DNA of 64,000 nucleotides from Spirochaetota bacterium (GTDB lineage: Bacteria; Spirochaetota; UBA12135; COTS27; CBDBHE01). Shown here one piece after another: positions 54,178 through 63,960 of the stretch. Every line of letters starts with the position of its first letter. Positions within the stretch are counted from its first letter, which is position 1. A program made the position numbers and the translations under genes. The stretch lies in NCBI GenBank assembly GCA_965205605.1, contig CBDBHE010000001.1:1-64000 (forward strand), in the 5' to 3' direction. The notes below the pieces were generated by a model. It did no database searches. It was not told the origin of the DNA and saw only the letters and a program-made list of their open reading frames with translations.

Positions 54178-54789
54178 TTATTTTTTGATAAGAATACGAA
54201 TATTCTCTAAAAAAAGAGCCACCGATTGTAAAAATAAAACAAAAAACCCAAAAGGAATTAGTAGCTTTATCACCCACCTTGCTTCCAAGCCTCCTTGATT
54301 AGGAGACATTTCTCCTCTTACAATCCATTCTCGAATATAGCTTTCAATTGTAGAGAAAAAAAAATACACATACGTCGTCCTATTTTCAAAAAAAGAACTC
54401 GTAAAATAATCTAAAGGGATCCCATTATCATACTGATAAGCCATATAACTATATCTAAAGCCAAAATAAATTAAAATGAAAGAAAAAGGCAAAATAATTA
54501 AACCAATCCCTACACTTTCGATGATTGCTTTTGTTTTTTTAGAAAAATATTGATAAAAAATATCAACTCTCACATGTTCTTTTTCTTTGTAAGCATACCC
54601 CATGCTTAAAAGAAAAATAAGCCCAAAAAAATGCCATTTTAATTCTTCTAAAGCATTCGAACTATTATGAAGCAAATACCGAATCATCACTTGAACAATC
54701 GTAATCAAAATCAACAAAAAAATAAAAAAAGCACTTACTTTTGCCATCCAATAACAAAAACGATTTATCCATTCTTCAAAAGACTTCAT
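54178..54789 (-). CDS. dctQ: TRAP transporter small permease
   Basis: 4 TM helices, EELKWH, HVRVDIFY. Confidence 0.9.
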   Translation of the reverse strand: MKSFEEWINRFCYWMAKVSAFFIFLLILITIVQVMIRYLLHNSSNALEELKWHFFGLIFLLSMGYAYKEKEHVRVDIFYQYFSKKTKAIIESVGIGLIILPFSFILIYFGFRYSYMAYQYDNGIPLDYFTSSFFENRTTYVYFFFSTIESYIREWIVRGEMSPNQGGLEARWVIKLLIPFGFFVLFLQSVALFLENIRILIKK

Positions 54790-54791
54790 GC

Positions 54792-55901
54792 TTATTGTGA
54801 CATATCAATTGCTTTTATAAACGCTCTCTTATTAAAATTAGCATACGTTTCATAACGCTTCTTAAAAGAAAAAAATGAATTATAAATTCTCCCTGCCAAA
54901 GGACTCGTCCGCCTTACTTCTTCAATAACTTCTTTGGCTTCTTTTTGAAGAACTTTAATGACTTCAGAAGGAAAAAAGCGCAGTTGTACTTTTTTTTCTT
55001 TTTTAATTCTCTCATAAAACTCAGCATCTTTTGCAAGCCAATGCACAAACATATCCCTATCAACTTGAGCACAAGTAACTTCAACAATGAGCTTTAATTC
55101 TTCATCCAAGCTTTCCCAAGCTTTTTTATTAATTAAAAGTTCTAAAACAGGGCCCGGTTCTTGCCAACCAATCGAATAATAATATTTTGAAGCTTTATAA
55201 AACCCCATAATATAGTCATGAAACGGTCCCACCCATTCTGTGGCATCCAAAACACCTGTTGATAAAGATTGATAAATCTCAGAAACCGCAAGTGTTTCAG
55301 CACTCGCTCCAAGTCGAGTAATTACTTTTCCTCCTAAACCAGGCATCCGCATTTTGAGCCCTTTAAAATCTTCTACACGATTAATTTCTTTTCTAAACCA
55401 TCCCCCCATTTGCATCCCCGTATTTCCACAAGGAAATGGTTTGATTTGATGAGGAGCATACAACTCATCCCAAAGCTTTTGCCCTCCCCCTTGATGCATC
55501 CACGCAGCCATCCCATTGGCATCCATTCCAAAAGGAATCGCTGTGAAAAATACAGAAGCTGGTATTTTCCCTTGCCAGTAATAAGACGCACTATGCCCCA
55601 TTTCAATCGTTCCATTTTTAACCGCATCAAAAACCCCAAGCCCAGGAATAAGCTCATTGGCACCATAAACCTTAATGTCTAGCCGTCCACCAGAAAGCAT
55701 CTTTACTCTTTTCGAAAAATTAATGATCCCCTCCGCCCATATCGGCAACGTTTTCGGAACCGCCATCGATAATTTCCACCGATGCTTCTTACCTTTCTTA
55801 TTACCAATTACTTCATTTTCTTTAAGTGTACACCCAACAATAGCAGTTCCTGCTAACCCTGCTAAAGCACCAATAAACTCTCTTCGCTTCATATCACTCA
55901 C
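54792..55901 (-). CDS. dctP: TRAP substrate-binding protein, TakP/keto-acid type
   Basis: RREF twin-arginine signal, HSASYYWQGK, GNTGMQMGGWF, GLKMRMPG, EWVGP. Confidence 0.92.
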   Translation of the reverse strand: MSDMKRREFIGALAGLAGTAIVGCTLKENEVIGNKKGKKHRWKLSMAVPKTLPIWAEGIINFSKRVKMLSGGRLDIKVYGANELIPGLGVFDAVKNGTIEMGHSASYYWQGKIPASVFFTAIPFGMDANGMAAWMHQGGGQKLWDELYAPHQIKPFPCGNTGMQMGGWFRKEINRVEDFKGLKMRMPGLGGKVITRLGASAETLAVSEIYQSLSTGVLDATEWVGPFHDYIMGFYKASKYYYSIGWQEPGPVLELLINKKAWESLDEELKLIVEVTCAQVDRDMFVHWLAKDAEFYERIKKEKKVQLRFFPSEVIKVLQKEAKEVIEEVRRTSPLAGRIYNSFFSFKKRYETYANFNKRAFIKAIDMSQ

Positions 55902-56062
55902 CTTTTTTTTAAAATGAAAAATAAAATCTCACCTATTATACACTTATTCTTTTTTATTACTAAACTTAAGTATTAAGAATCTCCTTACTGATTTAAAAAA
56001 TAAACTTATGAAAAATTACTTATAAATTTTAAACTTAAATGAGATAATTATAGTTTCTTATC

Positions 56063-57202
56063 ATGGCTTTTTTTATTAAAAAACAAAAAATAATTATAAA
56101 AATATTCAATTTTTTATTTTTAAACTTAATATTTTTTTTAAATTATCCTCTATTCACTTATCCAAAAAACCACACTCCTTTTTTACTTAAAACAGGAAAA
56201 CCTCTTATCATTTCGCCTTCTATTGTTAAGCTTGAGTTGCCAGGTCAAGTGATTGACTCTATTACTTTACATGATCTTAAAACTTCTTTCACCCTCTCAA
56301 AAAAAAATGACGATTTTTTTAATACTTATTGGTACCCAAGCGGAGATTTCAAATTAACAATTAATCAAAATACTCATCAACCATTTCTTATCAAACTCCC
56401 TTTAAAAAAATACAACCTTCTTATTTTAACCACTCCCCCACAAGGCGAAACAAACTTTACTTATCATCAACAATTTCTTCAACTAGCTAATCAATTAGTG
56501 AGTCTTTTTTTAAAAAATAAAAAAATCTTAGAGTATGATCTCTATACTTTTACAGGAAAATATGTTCAAAAAAATCGTTTTTTAAGTAATTTTAAAAAAA
56601 TAAATCATCAACAATTTACTTTTTATTTTTTTATGGGAAATATACTCCTAAAAGAAAATAAACAATGGGTTTACAACTTGCCTCAAAATCAAGAAATCGT
56701 TTTAGAAAAATTTTCTCTTATCAACCCTTTTCTTTCTCATACATTTTTAATTGATATAAACAAAAAACCTTTAAGCCAAATACAAAATCTAAAACTCCCT
56801 TTTAATTATACTTATTTAACTCCCAAGCAAATTAATTCTTTTATGAAATCTTTTGTGGATTTTTATACCCAAACCCCTTTTGAAAAATTATCTTCAAATT
56901 ATACCAACCTTACTCTCCAAACTCTTTTACAAAAAATAAAAGCACATCACATTTTTGCTTTTGAAACTAAAAAAGTTATTTTAAGAGAATTTCAATGGCA
57001 AAAAAAAACCCTCCAAACCAATTTTATTTTAAAAAATGTTTACACTTATCAAACTAACTCTCTTAACAAAATACCAAAAAAATTAACTAAAAATTTCATT
57101 ACCTATAAAATAAAAATGAAACCTACTATTAAAAAAATAAAAAAAATAAAAAAAATAACCAACATTTCCACAAAAACAGGCTATTGGAAAGAAAAACTCT
57201 AA
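56063..57202 (+). CDS. hypothetical exported protein
   Basis: 379-aa ORF with hydrophobic N-terminus; Lys-rich tail may reflect a frameshift. Confidence 0.55.
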   Translation: MAFFIKKQKIIIKIFNFLFLNLIFFLNYPLFTYPKNHTPFLLKTGKPLIISPSIVKLELPGQVIDSITLHDLKTSFTLSKKNDDFFNTYWYPSGDFKLTINQNTHQPFLIKLPLKKYNLLILTTPPQGETNFTYHQQFLQLANQLVSLFLKNKKILEYDLYTFTGKYVQKNRFLSNFKKINHQQFTFYFFMGNILLKENKQWVYNLPQNQEIVLEKFSLINPFLSHTFLIDINKKPLSQIQNLKLPFNYTYLTPKQINSFMKSFVDFYTQTPFEKLSSNYTNLTLQTLLQKIKAHHIFAFETKKVILREFQWQKKTLQTNFILKNVYTYQTNSLNKIPKKLTKNFITYKIKMKPTIKKIKKIKKITNISTKTGYWKEKL

Positions 57203-57268
57203 AGGGAATTATCCCCTTTAGAGTGGCAATCCATTGTATACTTGGGAGGAAGTACAATAGATTACTAT
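57191..57268 (-). ncRNA. candidate small RNA: stem-loop with CCUCCC loop followed by intrinsic terminator
   Basis: minus strand GUAAUCUAUUGUACUU-CCUCCC-AAGUAUACAAUGGAUUGC (two G-U wobbles only on this strand), then an 11-bp hairpin and U-tract. Confidence 0.6.
57192..57224 (-). terminator. Rho-independent terminator
   Basis: ACTCTAAAGGG/CCCTTTAGAGT perfect 11-bp stem with T-tract on the minus strand. Confidence 0.72.
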
Positions 57269-57504
57269 TTCAAATATCGGTTACCCAAGCTAATTTTCTT
57301 TAATTAAAAACTAATAATTATTTGCTTTTTTTAAAAAAATATTGAAATTTTTTACTTGAAATATTCCCTTAAAATCAACTCATTAAAAAAATAAATTTTA
57401 AAATTAATAAGTAATTATTTTTTTTGTATGAAAGAGCAAAGATATTAATGGTAAAATTAACAAAAAGCTAAAAAAAAATTAAATATTTAGGCTTTTTTTA
57501 TCAA

Positions 57505-58150
57505 ATGGATTTTATATTTAACTTTGTAAAAAAAAAAAAATTACTCTCTTTTTTTATTGGAGTCTTTTTTCTAGTTGGTCTTGATTTACTTAGTAAAGTT
57601 TGGGTCGAAAAAAATTTAATAGAATTAGCTTCTTCAGAAAAAAATGATCATTATTACAAATTAAAAAGCAACCTTTCAAATAAAACAATTGTTTCTTATG
57701 ATGGTGAAACCATTTACTACAAAAAAAATATTTCTGTTATTCCAAAATATTGGTCTTTTAACTATGTTAGAAATTACGATATCGGGTTTTCAATTCTTTC
57801 TTGGCTAGACCATTGGATGTCTATAAAAAAAAAAAACAATTTTAATTAAATGGCTACAATTATTAGCTGTTATTGTGGCTTTTAGTTATTTTTTATCCAT
57901 TAAAATGTTTTTCTTTTTTCCTTTTATGTTTGTCATTTCAGGAGGCGCAGGTAATGTCATTGACCGATTTTCTAGAGGTTATGTCGTTGATTTTATAGAA
58001 TGGTCTTTTCCCATGATTCCATTACGTATTTTAAATCCATGGCCTGTTTTTAATTTAGCAGACAGCTTCGTTTTTATAGGAATCTTTTTTTTAATGTTAT
58101 CAATTTTGGTAAAAAAAAAAATAAATCATGGAACAGAAAACGTTCATTAA
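57505..58150 (+). CDS. lspA: lipoprotein signal peptidase II, frameshift at an A12 tract (57825-57836)
   Basis: DLLSK, VRNYDIGFS, GGAGNVIDR, GYVVDFI, WPVFNLAD. Confidence 0.9.
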
Positions 58151-59021
58151 ACCAATAAAGCTAAAAAGTATTGATAAGATCAATACTCAAATTTATGTTT
58201 TTCAACTTTCTAAAAATCCTAATATTTTAAATAAACTAATTAAAATCATTACCCCTTATATTTATCATTTTCCTAGATTTGCTTTTAATAATCACGATGA
58301 AGAGATTTCTTCAGAATTTTACACTTCTTTTTACCCTAAAATAGAAAACTCTCTTCTAAAATACGATGCCAATAAAGTCCTTTTTAGCACTTATTTTTCT
58401 ACTGTCTTAAGAAATCATTACCTAACACTCATAAAAAGACTTCATCAAAAAAATAAAAATCATATCCGTTTAGAAGATTTCCACATGAATTTTGACCTCA
58501 AACAAGAACCAAAAGAATCTATCCAAGAAAATGAATCCTTAGAAGAAAAAGCGTTTGAAAATATTAACCCTTCTACTAATTATCTTATGATTAAACTTTA
58601 TTATATTGATTTCTTTAATGAAGATGATTTTGTCTTACTTCAAAAAGCCACTCAAAAAACCTACGGCAAATGTCTTGAGTTTATTAATCTTATTAAAGAA
58701 GATGTCTATGAAAAAAGAAATAAACAAATGAGCTTAGAAAATCGAATTCATAGTCTTTATATGAAAATTATGGAAATCCAAAGGGAAAATTTTTTAAAAC
58801 AAAACTCAAACATATCAAAAGAAAAAGAAAAAGAAGAAGAAGAAGAAGAAGAAAAAAGACTCAAAGAAAAACAAAAAGAAATCATCAAAATCTATCAAAA
58901 CATTCGTGTTCATCCTTCTTTAAAGATTATTGCTGAAGCTCTAAGTTATAAAGAAATTAAAATCGCCAATACTATTAATTATTTTAAAAACAAAAGGAAA
59001 ATGCACTTAAATGATTTTTAA
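58128..59021 (+). CDS. divergent sigma70/ECF-like protein
   Basis: region-2-like KYDANKVLFSTYFSTVLRN; C-terminal HTH-like SLKIIAEALSY. Confidence 0.55.
   Translation: MEQKTFIKPIKLKSIDKINTQIYVFQLSKNPNILNKLIKIITPYIYHFPRFAFNNHDEEISSEFYTSFYPKIENSLLKYDANKVLFSTYFSTVLRNHYLTLIKRLHQKNKNHIRLEDFHMNFDLKQEPKESIQENESLEEKAFENINPSTNYLMIKLYYIDFFNEDDFVLLQKATQKTYGKCLEFINLIKEDVYEKRNKQMSLENRIHSLYMKIMEIQRENFLKQNSNISKEKEKEEEEEEEKRLKEKQKEIIKIYQNIRVHPSLKIIAEALSYKEIKIANTINYFKNKRKMHLNDF
58833..58853 (+). repeat. (GAA)7 microsatellite encoding poly-Glu
   Basis: seven perfect GAA units preceded by (GAAAAA)2. Confidence 0.9.
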
Positions 59022-59541
59022 CTCATTATTAAAATCTATACAAAATAAAGACTATCAAAGTATCAACAAGTGGATCAATAATAATGAAGAAAAAGCCAAA
59101 GAAGTTTTCCAACTCTTTAAAAGCATCCATGCCATCAATTTAATTGATAATGCCTTAACACCTAAAAAAAAATTAATTGAAATTTTAATTGATTTTATTG
59201 AGGGTTCGGTAAAAATTTTAAAAGGCAAAAAACTACTCCAACCCTCCCCTATTTTACAAACAAGAGGAGGCTCTAAAAACCAACTAATTCAAAAAAATAA
59301 AGATACTTCTAATTCATCAAAAATTCAAAAATACTATTTTACTTGGGGATATTTAAAGATTAACAAAGAAACAAGCCAATTAGATTTACTCTCAAAAAAA
59401 CCATTTAAACAAATTATTTTGAAAAAAAATCAAAAAACTTTTTCCCATCAAAACAATAAAAAAATTATTTCCTTTTTTCTTTCAAAAGGTGTTTACCAAC
59501 TTGACTTAGATGAAAATATGATTCAGTTAAAAATAAAATAA
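59011..59541 (+). CDS. hypothetical protein, possible partner of the sigma-like protein
   Basis: 176-aa ORF overlapping the upstream stop; QTRGG motif. Confidence 0.55.
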   Translation: MIFNSLLKSIQNKDYQSINKWINNNEEKAKEVFQLFKSIHAINLIDNALTPKKKLIEILIDFIEGSVKILKGKKLLQPSPILQTRGGSKNQLIQKNKDTSNSSKIQKYYFTWGYLKINKETSQLDLLSKKPFKQIILKKNQKTFSHQNNKKIISFFLSKGVYQLDLDENMIQLKIK

Positions 59542-59545
59542 AAAC

Positions 59546-60340
59546 TTAATAAATCAAATCTTCAAAAGAAATTTTCTTATCTATTTTTTTATTTTTAAAG
59601 CTTTTATCATTTTTTTCTTTTCTTATTGATTCCACTATTAATGTTTTATCTGCTTTTATCTCTTTTACAATTCCATCTGATTTTTTTGCTTGATCCCAAA
59701 AAACGACTTCTCTTCCAATTAAATCACTATAAGAAATAAAAAGATCAATAAAAGCTTCAAATCCTTCCTTAACAAATAAATTATAAAAAGAAGCAAAAAA
59801 ACTAATAAACTTTTTTAAAACTTCCTCTAATTCCACTCTTTTTTTTAAAAGCGTATATAAAGAACAAGCTTGTTGATTAACTCTGTTCATAAAATCTATG
59901 TCAGAATTAACATTAAGACCAATGCCTAAAATACAATACTTCTTTTTTTTAAAAACAATCGTTTCAGTTAAAATCCCGGCTAATTTTGCATGATTGACTA
60001 AAATATCATTAGGCCATTTTATTCTTGGAAAACACTGATAAAACTCAACTAGTCTGACAAGACTCAATGCCCCCACCATCGGAAGATATAAACAAAAAGT
60101 ATTACCATATTCACTAACATCTAAAAAAATACTAAACGTTAAATCTTCCCCTTCACTTGAAAGCCATCGTCGACCATGTCTCCCTTTTCCAAAATCTTGT
60201 TTCAAAGCCCAAACAACATCTCCATTGAGAAATTCATGCGGTTTTTTTTTTAAATATTCGTTTGTTGAACCAAGCGAAGAAAAAAGATAAATGTAACCAT
60301 TTGAAAAAGATTTAGTGATTTTTTTGGGTAAAGAAGGCAT
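59546..60340 (-). CDS. birA: biotin--[acetyl-CoA carboxylase] ligase (group I, no HTH)
   Basis: STN, GKGRHGRRW, KWPND, KLAGIL, GIGLNV. Confidence 0.94.
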   Translation of the reverse strand: MPSLPKKITKSFSNGYIYLFSSLGSTNEYLKKKPHEFLNGDVVWALKQDFGKGRHGRRWLSSEGEDLTFSIFLDVSEYGNTFCLYLPMVGALSLVRLVEFYQCFPRIKWPNDILVNHAKLAGILTETIVFKKKKYCILGIGLNVNSDIDFMNRVNQQACSLYTLLKKRVELEEVLKKFISFFASFYNLFVKEGFEAFIDLFISYSDLIGREVVFWDQAKKSDGIVKEIKADKTLIVESIRKEKNDKSFKNKKIDKKISFEDLIY

Positions 60341-60425
60341 AATATCCTTATAGTCACTCTTATTTTACCTTCTTGAAATGAAATAAAAACAATAATATTT
60401 AAATATTTTTTAAAAGGAAAACAAT

Positions 60426-61538
60426 TTGAAAATTAAGTTACTATTAAGAGAAATTTTTATTTACTCAAGTTTACTACTGATCATTCCTTTTTTTTCTACT
60501 ACAAATAAATATCAAAAGATTTATTATAATAGGCTTATTTCAATTTATAACATTGAAAATAAAAAATTAAATCAATTTCACGAATTCATAAAAGAGGTTC
60601 CTGATTTCAAGAATAAATCTTATTATTTTAATAATGTTTTATTTTATCATAATAAATATTATGACATTTATCATTACTTAAAATTAAATACAAAAACATT
60701 TGTTAGTCAAGCAAACAATTATTACGTTACTTATAAAAAAGCAGGCGAAAAAATCAATTTTTTTAATAAAAAAGGAAATTTATTATGGTCTTATAACACT
60801 AGAAATTACCCTTTTCTTTCTCCTTCAGGAAATCGTATTATTTTATTAAATAGCGATGGGAGTTCTATTTCTGTGATCGATAAAAATATTAATATGTTAT
60901 TAACAAATGTCTTTATTTCCACTTTAATTACTGACTTAAAATTTTGTGATTTTGATGATTCTTTCGTCATAGGGACAATTGAAGGCAATGTCATTAGTTA
61001 TAATCACCAAAATCAATTAAATTTCAAATATAAAGCCCCTAAAAGCAATAAACCTTTGATCAAATCCATCATTCTCTCAGAGCGTAGTCGTTATATTGGG
61101 GTGTGTTCGGGAATTAACCCAGAATATGTCTTTGTTTTAAGAAAAGATGGAAAACTTCTGTGGAAAACTAAAACTAAAGAAAATAATCGAAAAATCATTA
61201 ATCTTTTAATTAATAAAAAAGAAAAAAAATTGATTAGAAAGGAAGGTGATTATCTTATCATTCATCATCTTCTTTCTGGAAAAGTGATAGAGAAAATCTT
61301 CATAAATACAGAAGGTTTGGGAGTTCATGATTATACTTTGTATACTTTAGAAAACAACAAAATACTTGTTCTTATCAATGGTAGTAATTTACGGAAAGCT
61401 TTTGTTATCACTACAAAAGGTCAAATTTTATTTGAAAAAATCTTTTATGATTCTTATTTTGTTAGAGGAGAAATTAAAAATAATTTTATTACTATTTATA
61501 CTTCTGAAAACATATTTCTTTATTCTCTTTATAACTAA
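60426..61538 (+). CDS. exported beta-propeller (PQQ/WD40-like) protein
   Basis: N-terminal hydrophobic segment; repeats GNLLW, GKLLW, GQILF. Confidence 0.65.
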   Translation: MKIKLLLREIFIYSSLLLIIPFFSTTNKYQKIYYNRLISIYNIENKKLNQFHEFIKEVPDFKNKSYYFNNVLFYHNKYYDIYHYLKLNTKTFVSQANNYYVTYKKAGEKINFFNKKGNLLWSYNTRNYPFLSPSGNRIILLNSDGSSISVIDKNINMLLTNVFISTLITDLKFCDFDDSFVIGTIEGNVISYNHQNQLNFKYKAPKSNKPLIKSIILSERSRYIGVCSGINPEYVFVLRKDGKLLWKTKTKENNRKIINLLINKKEKKLIRKEGDYLIIHHLLSGKVIEKIFINTEGLGVHDYTLYTLENNKILVLINGSNLRKAFVITTKGQILFEKIFYDSYFVRGEIKNNFITIYTSENIFLYSLYN

Positions 61539-61544
61539 AAACAA

Positions 61545-61814
61545 ATGAAAAAAATAAAAACAATTGCTTTTTTACTCACAAAAATAAAACACCTTAAAAC
61601 AATGGAAGCATTACTTACAGAACTTTTAACAAAAAAAGAAATTGAAAATATTGCTCTTCGATTAGAATTGCTAAAAAAATTAAAAAAAGGAGATAGTCAA
61701 AGAAAAATCTCAAAATCACTTAAAATCAGCCTTTGTAAAATTACTAGAGGATCAAAAATTTTGAAAAACCCCAATTCAATTTTAAAATCAATCATTCAGT
61801 CCAATAACGATTAA
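61545..61814 (+). CDS. trpR: Trp repressor (TrpR/YerC family)
   Basis: LLTKKEI...R, SQRKISKSLKISLCKITRGS HTH. Confidence 0.85.
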   Translation: MKKIKTIAFLLTKIKHLKTMEALLTELLTKKEIENIALRLELLKKLKKGDSQRKISKSLKISLCKITRGSKILKNPNSILKSIIQSNND

Positions 61815-61824
61815 ATTCATTTCA

Positions 61825-63744
61825 TTGCATTCTCTTAATAAAACTGAAATCAAAACTTTATTACATCAAGGTTGCTCTTGTGATAACTGGGATCTTATTA
61901 AATGCCACAAACAATCTTTAAGCAAAATTTACCACACAAAATTAATAGGTTCTGTTTTTATTGGAAAGCTAGACAATCAAACTATTTCTTATAGAACTAA
62001 AGATCAAACAATCAAAAAAAAACCTATTATTGAAAAAGCTTTATTAGAAAACTGTAGTATTGGCAACAATTGCTATATCTCCAATGTTACCGGCGGCATC
62101 AAAGGAATGACAATTGAGAAAGAATGTTTGCTTGAAAACATCGCTTCCCTTCAAACAACAACTCAAAGCCAATTTGGACATAACACACTCGTGCCTATTT
62201 TAAGTCAACTTCAAACACATCAAGTACCTATTTTTAATGGACTAAGTGCTCAACTTGCTTATTTACTTGCTTTTTCAAAAGGAGACGAAGGTTTCACTCA
62301 AAAACTAAAAACGCTTCTTTCAAAAAAAATCAAACCCCCAAAAAATGGCTTTATTGGTCATAACGCTGTCATACGATATTGTGGAGACTTAATTGATATT
62401 TGTATTGAAAGTCATGCTGAAATTAGTTTTGTTAATAAGCTTATCAATGGCTATATCAGCTCTAATGAAAAAACTCAAACATTAATTTCCAACAACGTGA
62501 GTTGCAACAATTTTATTATTGAAAAAGGCAATTGCCTTGAAAACAACGTATCTATTGAAAATACCTTTATTGGAGAAAGTTGCCAAATAAAAAACCATTG
62601 TTTTGTTAAAAATAGTTTATTTTTTTCATGTTGTGATTTTGAAAAATCAGAAATTGAAGGCTTATTTGCAGCTCCTCATACCGTCAGCCACCATCGCTCT
62701 ACGCTACTCATTTCTGCGTACATGTCCCATTTTAATGCCGGTAGCAGTACTAATGCTTCCAATCATCTATACAAACTGGGCCCTCATAGCTGGGGATACT
62801 TTCAAAGAGGAGTTAAAACAGCTTCTAATGCTTATCTTCTGTATCCTGCTAAAATAGGGTTGTTTTCAATTGTTATTGGAAAAATAAAGACCCACATCGA
62901 CACAACTGCCTTTCCTTTTTCGATTATTATTGGCAAAGAAAAGGCAACCTTTCTTTACCCTGCAAAAACTCTTGAAAGTATAGGGCTTTATCGAGATTTA
63001 AAAAAATGGCAACAAAAACAAAAAAACAAAGATTTAACTCTCGATCTTATTGAAAACAAAATGAATCACCCTTACACAATTAGCCGTATTTATGAAGCTT
63101 CTAAAAGAACTTCTAAAAGATCATTCAAACAATTCAAAATAAAAAAAAAATGGTATCAAAAAGCAAAAAAGATTTATCTAAATTACACAAAACGCTATCT
63201 TATTGAAAAATGGCTTTTCTTTTTACAACAAAAAACTCCAATTTTAAATTTAAAAAAACAATTTAAGCCTAATCTTTCCATTAACTGGATCGATTTAGGA
63301 GGCTATTACACCTCTAAACAAACTCTTAACAAAGCTCTTGAAGAAACCATTCAACAAAAAGATACTTGTTTCAGTAAAAACCTAGAAAAAACAGAAATAG
63401 AAAACTCATTATTAGAAATGAATTGGGTAGTAACGTGTTTTAAAAGTATTTATCATGAATATCCATGGAATTATTCAGTAAAAAAAAATAAAAAATTATT
63501 AGATGAATGGGAAACTTTAGAAAAAGATTATTATCAAAAACTGATTTTGGATGCAAAAAAAGAATTTGATGTGTCTCAAAAAATATGTTATGGCGTTTTA
63601 GTCAATCAAGAAAATGAATTTAAAGCCATCAAAGGTTCTTTTAAAGAACACCCTCTTATCAAAGAAATTGAAAAAAAAATAGAAAAAATTCCTACAATTA
63701 AAAGAAATTATTTAAAGCTTCTTGTTAAAAAAAATTTCAAATAA
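61825..63744 (+). CDS. DUF4954 family protein (left-handed beta-helix-like)
   Basis: LLHQGCSCDNW, PHTVSHHRSTLLI, NAGSSTNASNHLYKLGP, RGVKTAS. Confidence 0.85.
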   Translation: MHSLNKTEIKTLLHQGCSCDNWDLIKCHKQSLSKIYHTKLIGSVFIGKLDNQTISYRTKDQTIKKKPIIEKALLENCSIGNNCYISNVTGGIKGMTIEKECLLENIASLQTTTQSQFGHNTLVPILSQLQTHQVPIFNGLSAQLAYLLAFSKGDEGFTQKLKTLLSKKIKPPKNGFIGHNAVIRYCGDLIDICIESHAEISFVNKLINGYISSNEKTQTLISNNVSCNNFIIEKGNCLENNVSIENTFIGESCQIKNHCFVKNSLFFSCCDFEKSEIEGLFAAPHTVSHHRSTLLISAYMSHFNAGSSTNASNHLYKLGPHSWGYFQRGVKTASNAYLLYPAKIGLFSIVIGKIKTHIDTTAFPFSIIIGKEKATFLYPAKTLESIGLYRDLKKWQQKQKNKDLTLDLIENKMNHPYTISRIYEASKRTSKRSFKQFKIKKKWYQKAKKIYLNYTKRYLIEKWLFFLQQKTPILNLKKQFKPNLSINWIDLGGYYTSKQTLNKALEETIQQKDTCFSKNLEKTEIENSLLEMNWVVTCFKSIYHEYPWNYSVKKNKKLLDEWETLEKDYYQKLILDAKKEFDVSQKICYGVLVNQENEFKAIKGSFKEHPLIKEIEKKIEKIPTIKRNYLKLLVKKNFK

Positions 63745-63830
63745 ATTCATAATAACAAAAAAAATTACTTTAAAAATTTAATCTAAAAAAATAAGTCTAA
63801 TCAATTTGATCGAATTTATTAGATCTTAAA

Positions 63831-63860
63831 TTGACAAAAAAAAATCGACATGATAATGAT
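63831..63860 (+). promoter_or_regulatory. probable sigma70 promoter for tRNA genes
   Basis: TTGACA followed by TGATAATGAT; -10 register ambiguous. Confidence 0.5.
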
Positions 63861-63881
63861 TTAAAGTAAATTTTGTATATT

Positions 63882-63955
63882 GGGTGTGTAGCTCAGTTGG
63901 TTAGAGCGCAACACTGATAATGTTGAGGTCGGAAGTTCAAATCTTCCCACACCCA
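63882..63955 (+). tRNA. tRNA-Ile(GAT)
   Basis: cloverleaf: GGGTGTG/CACACCC acceptor, CAACA-CTGATAA-TGTTG anticodon arm, GTTCAA T-loop; CCA not encoded. Confidence 0.97.
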
Positions 63956-63960
63956 AGAAA

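Noticed and set aside
2423-62857. Many short antisense or alternate-frame ORFs in the track (e.g. 2423-2674, 4793-5224, 17892-18152, 44079-44462, 53621-54142)
   Set aside because: They overlap well-supported genes and have no motifs; treated as shadow ORFs.
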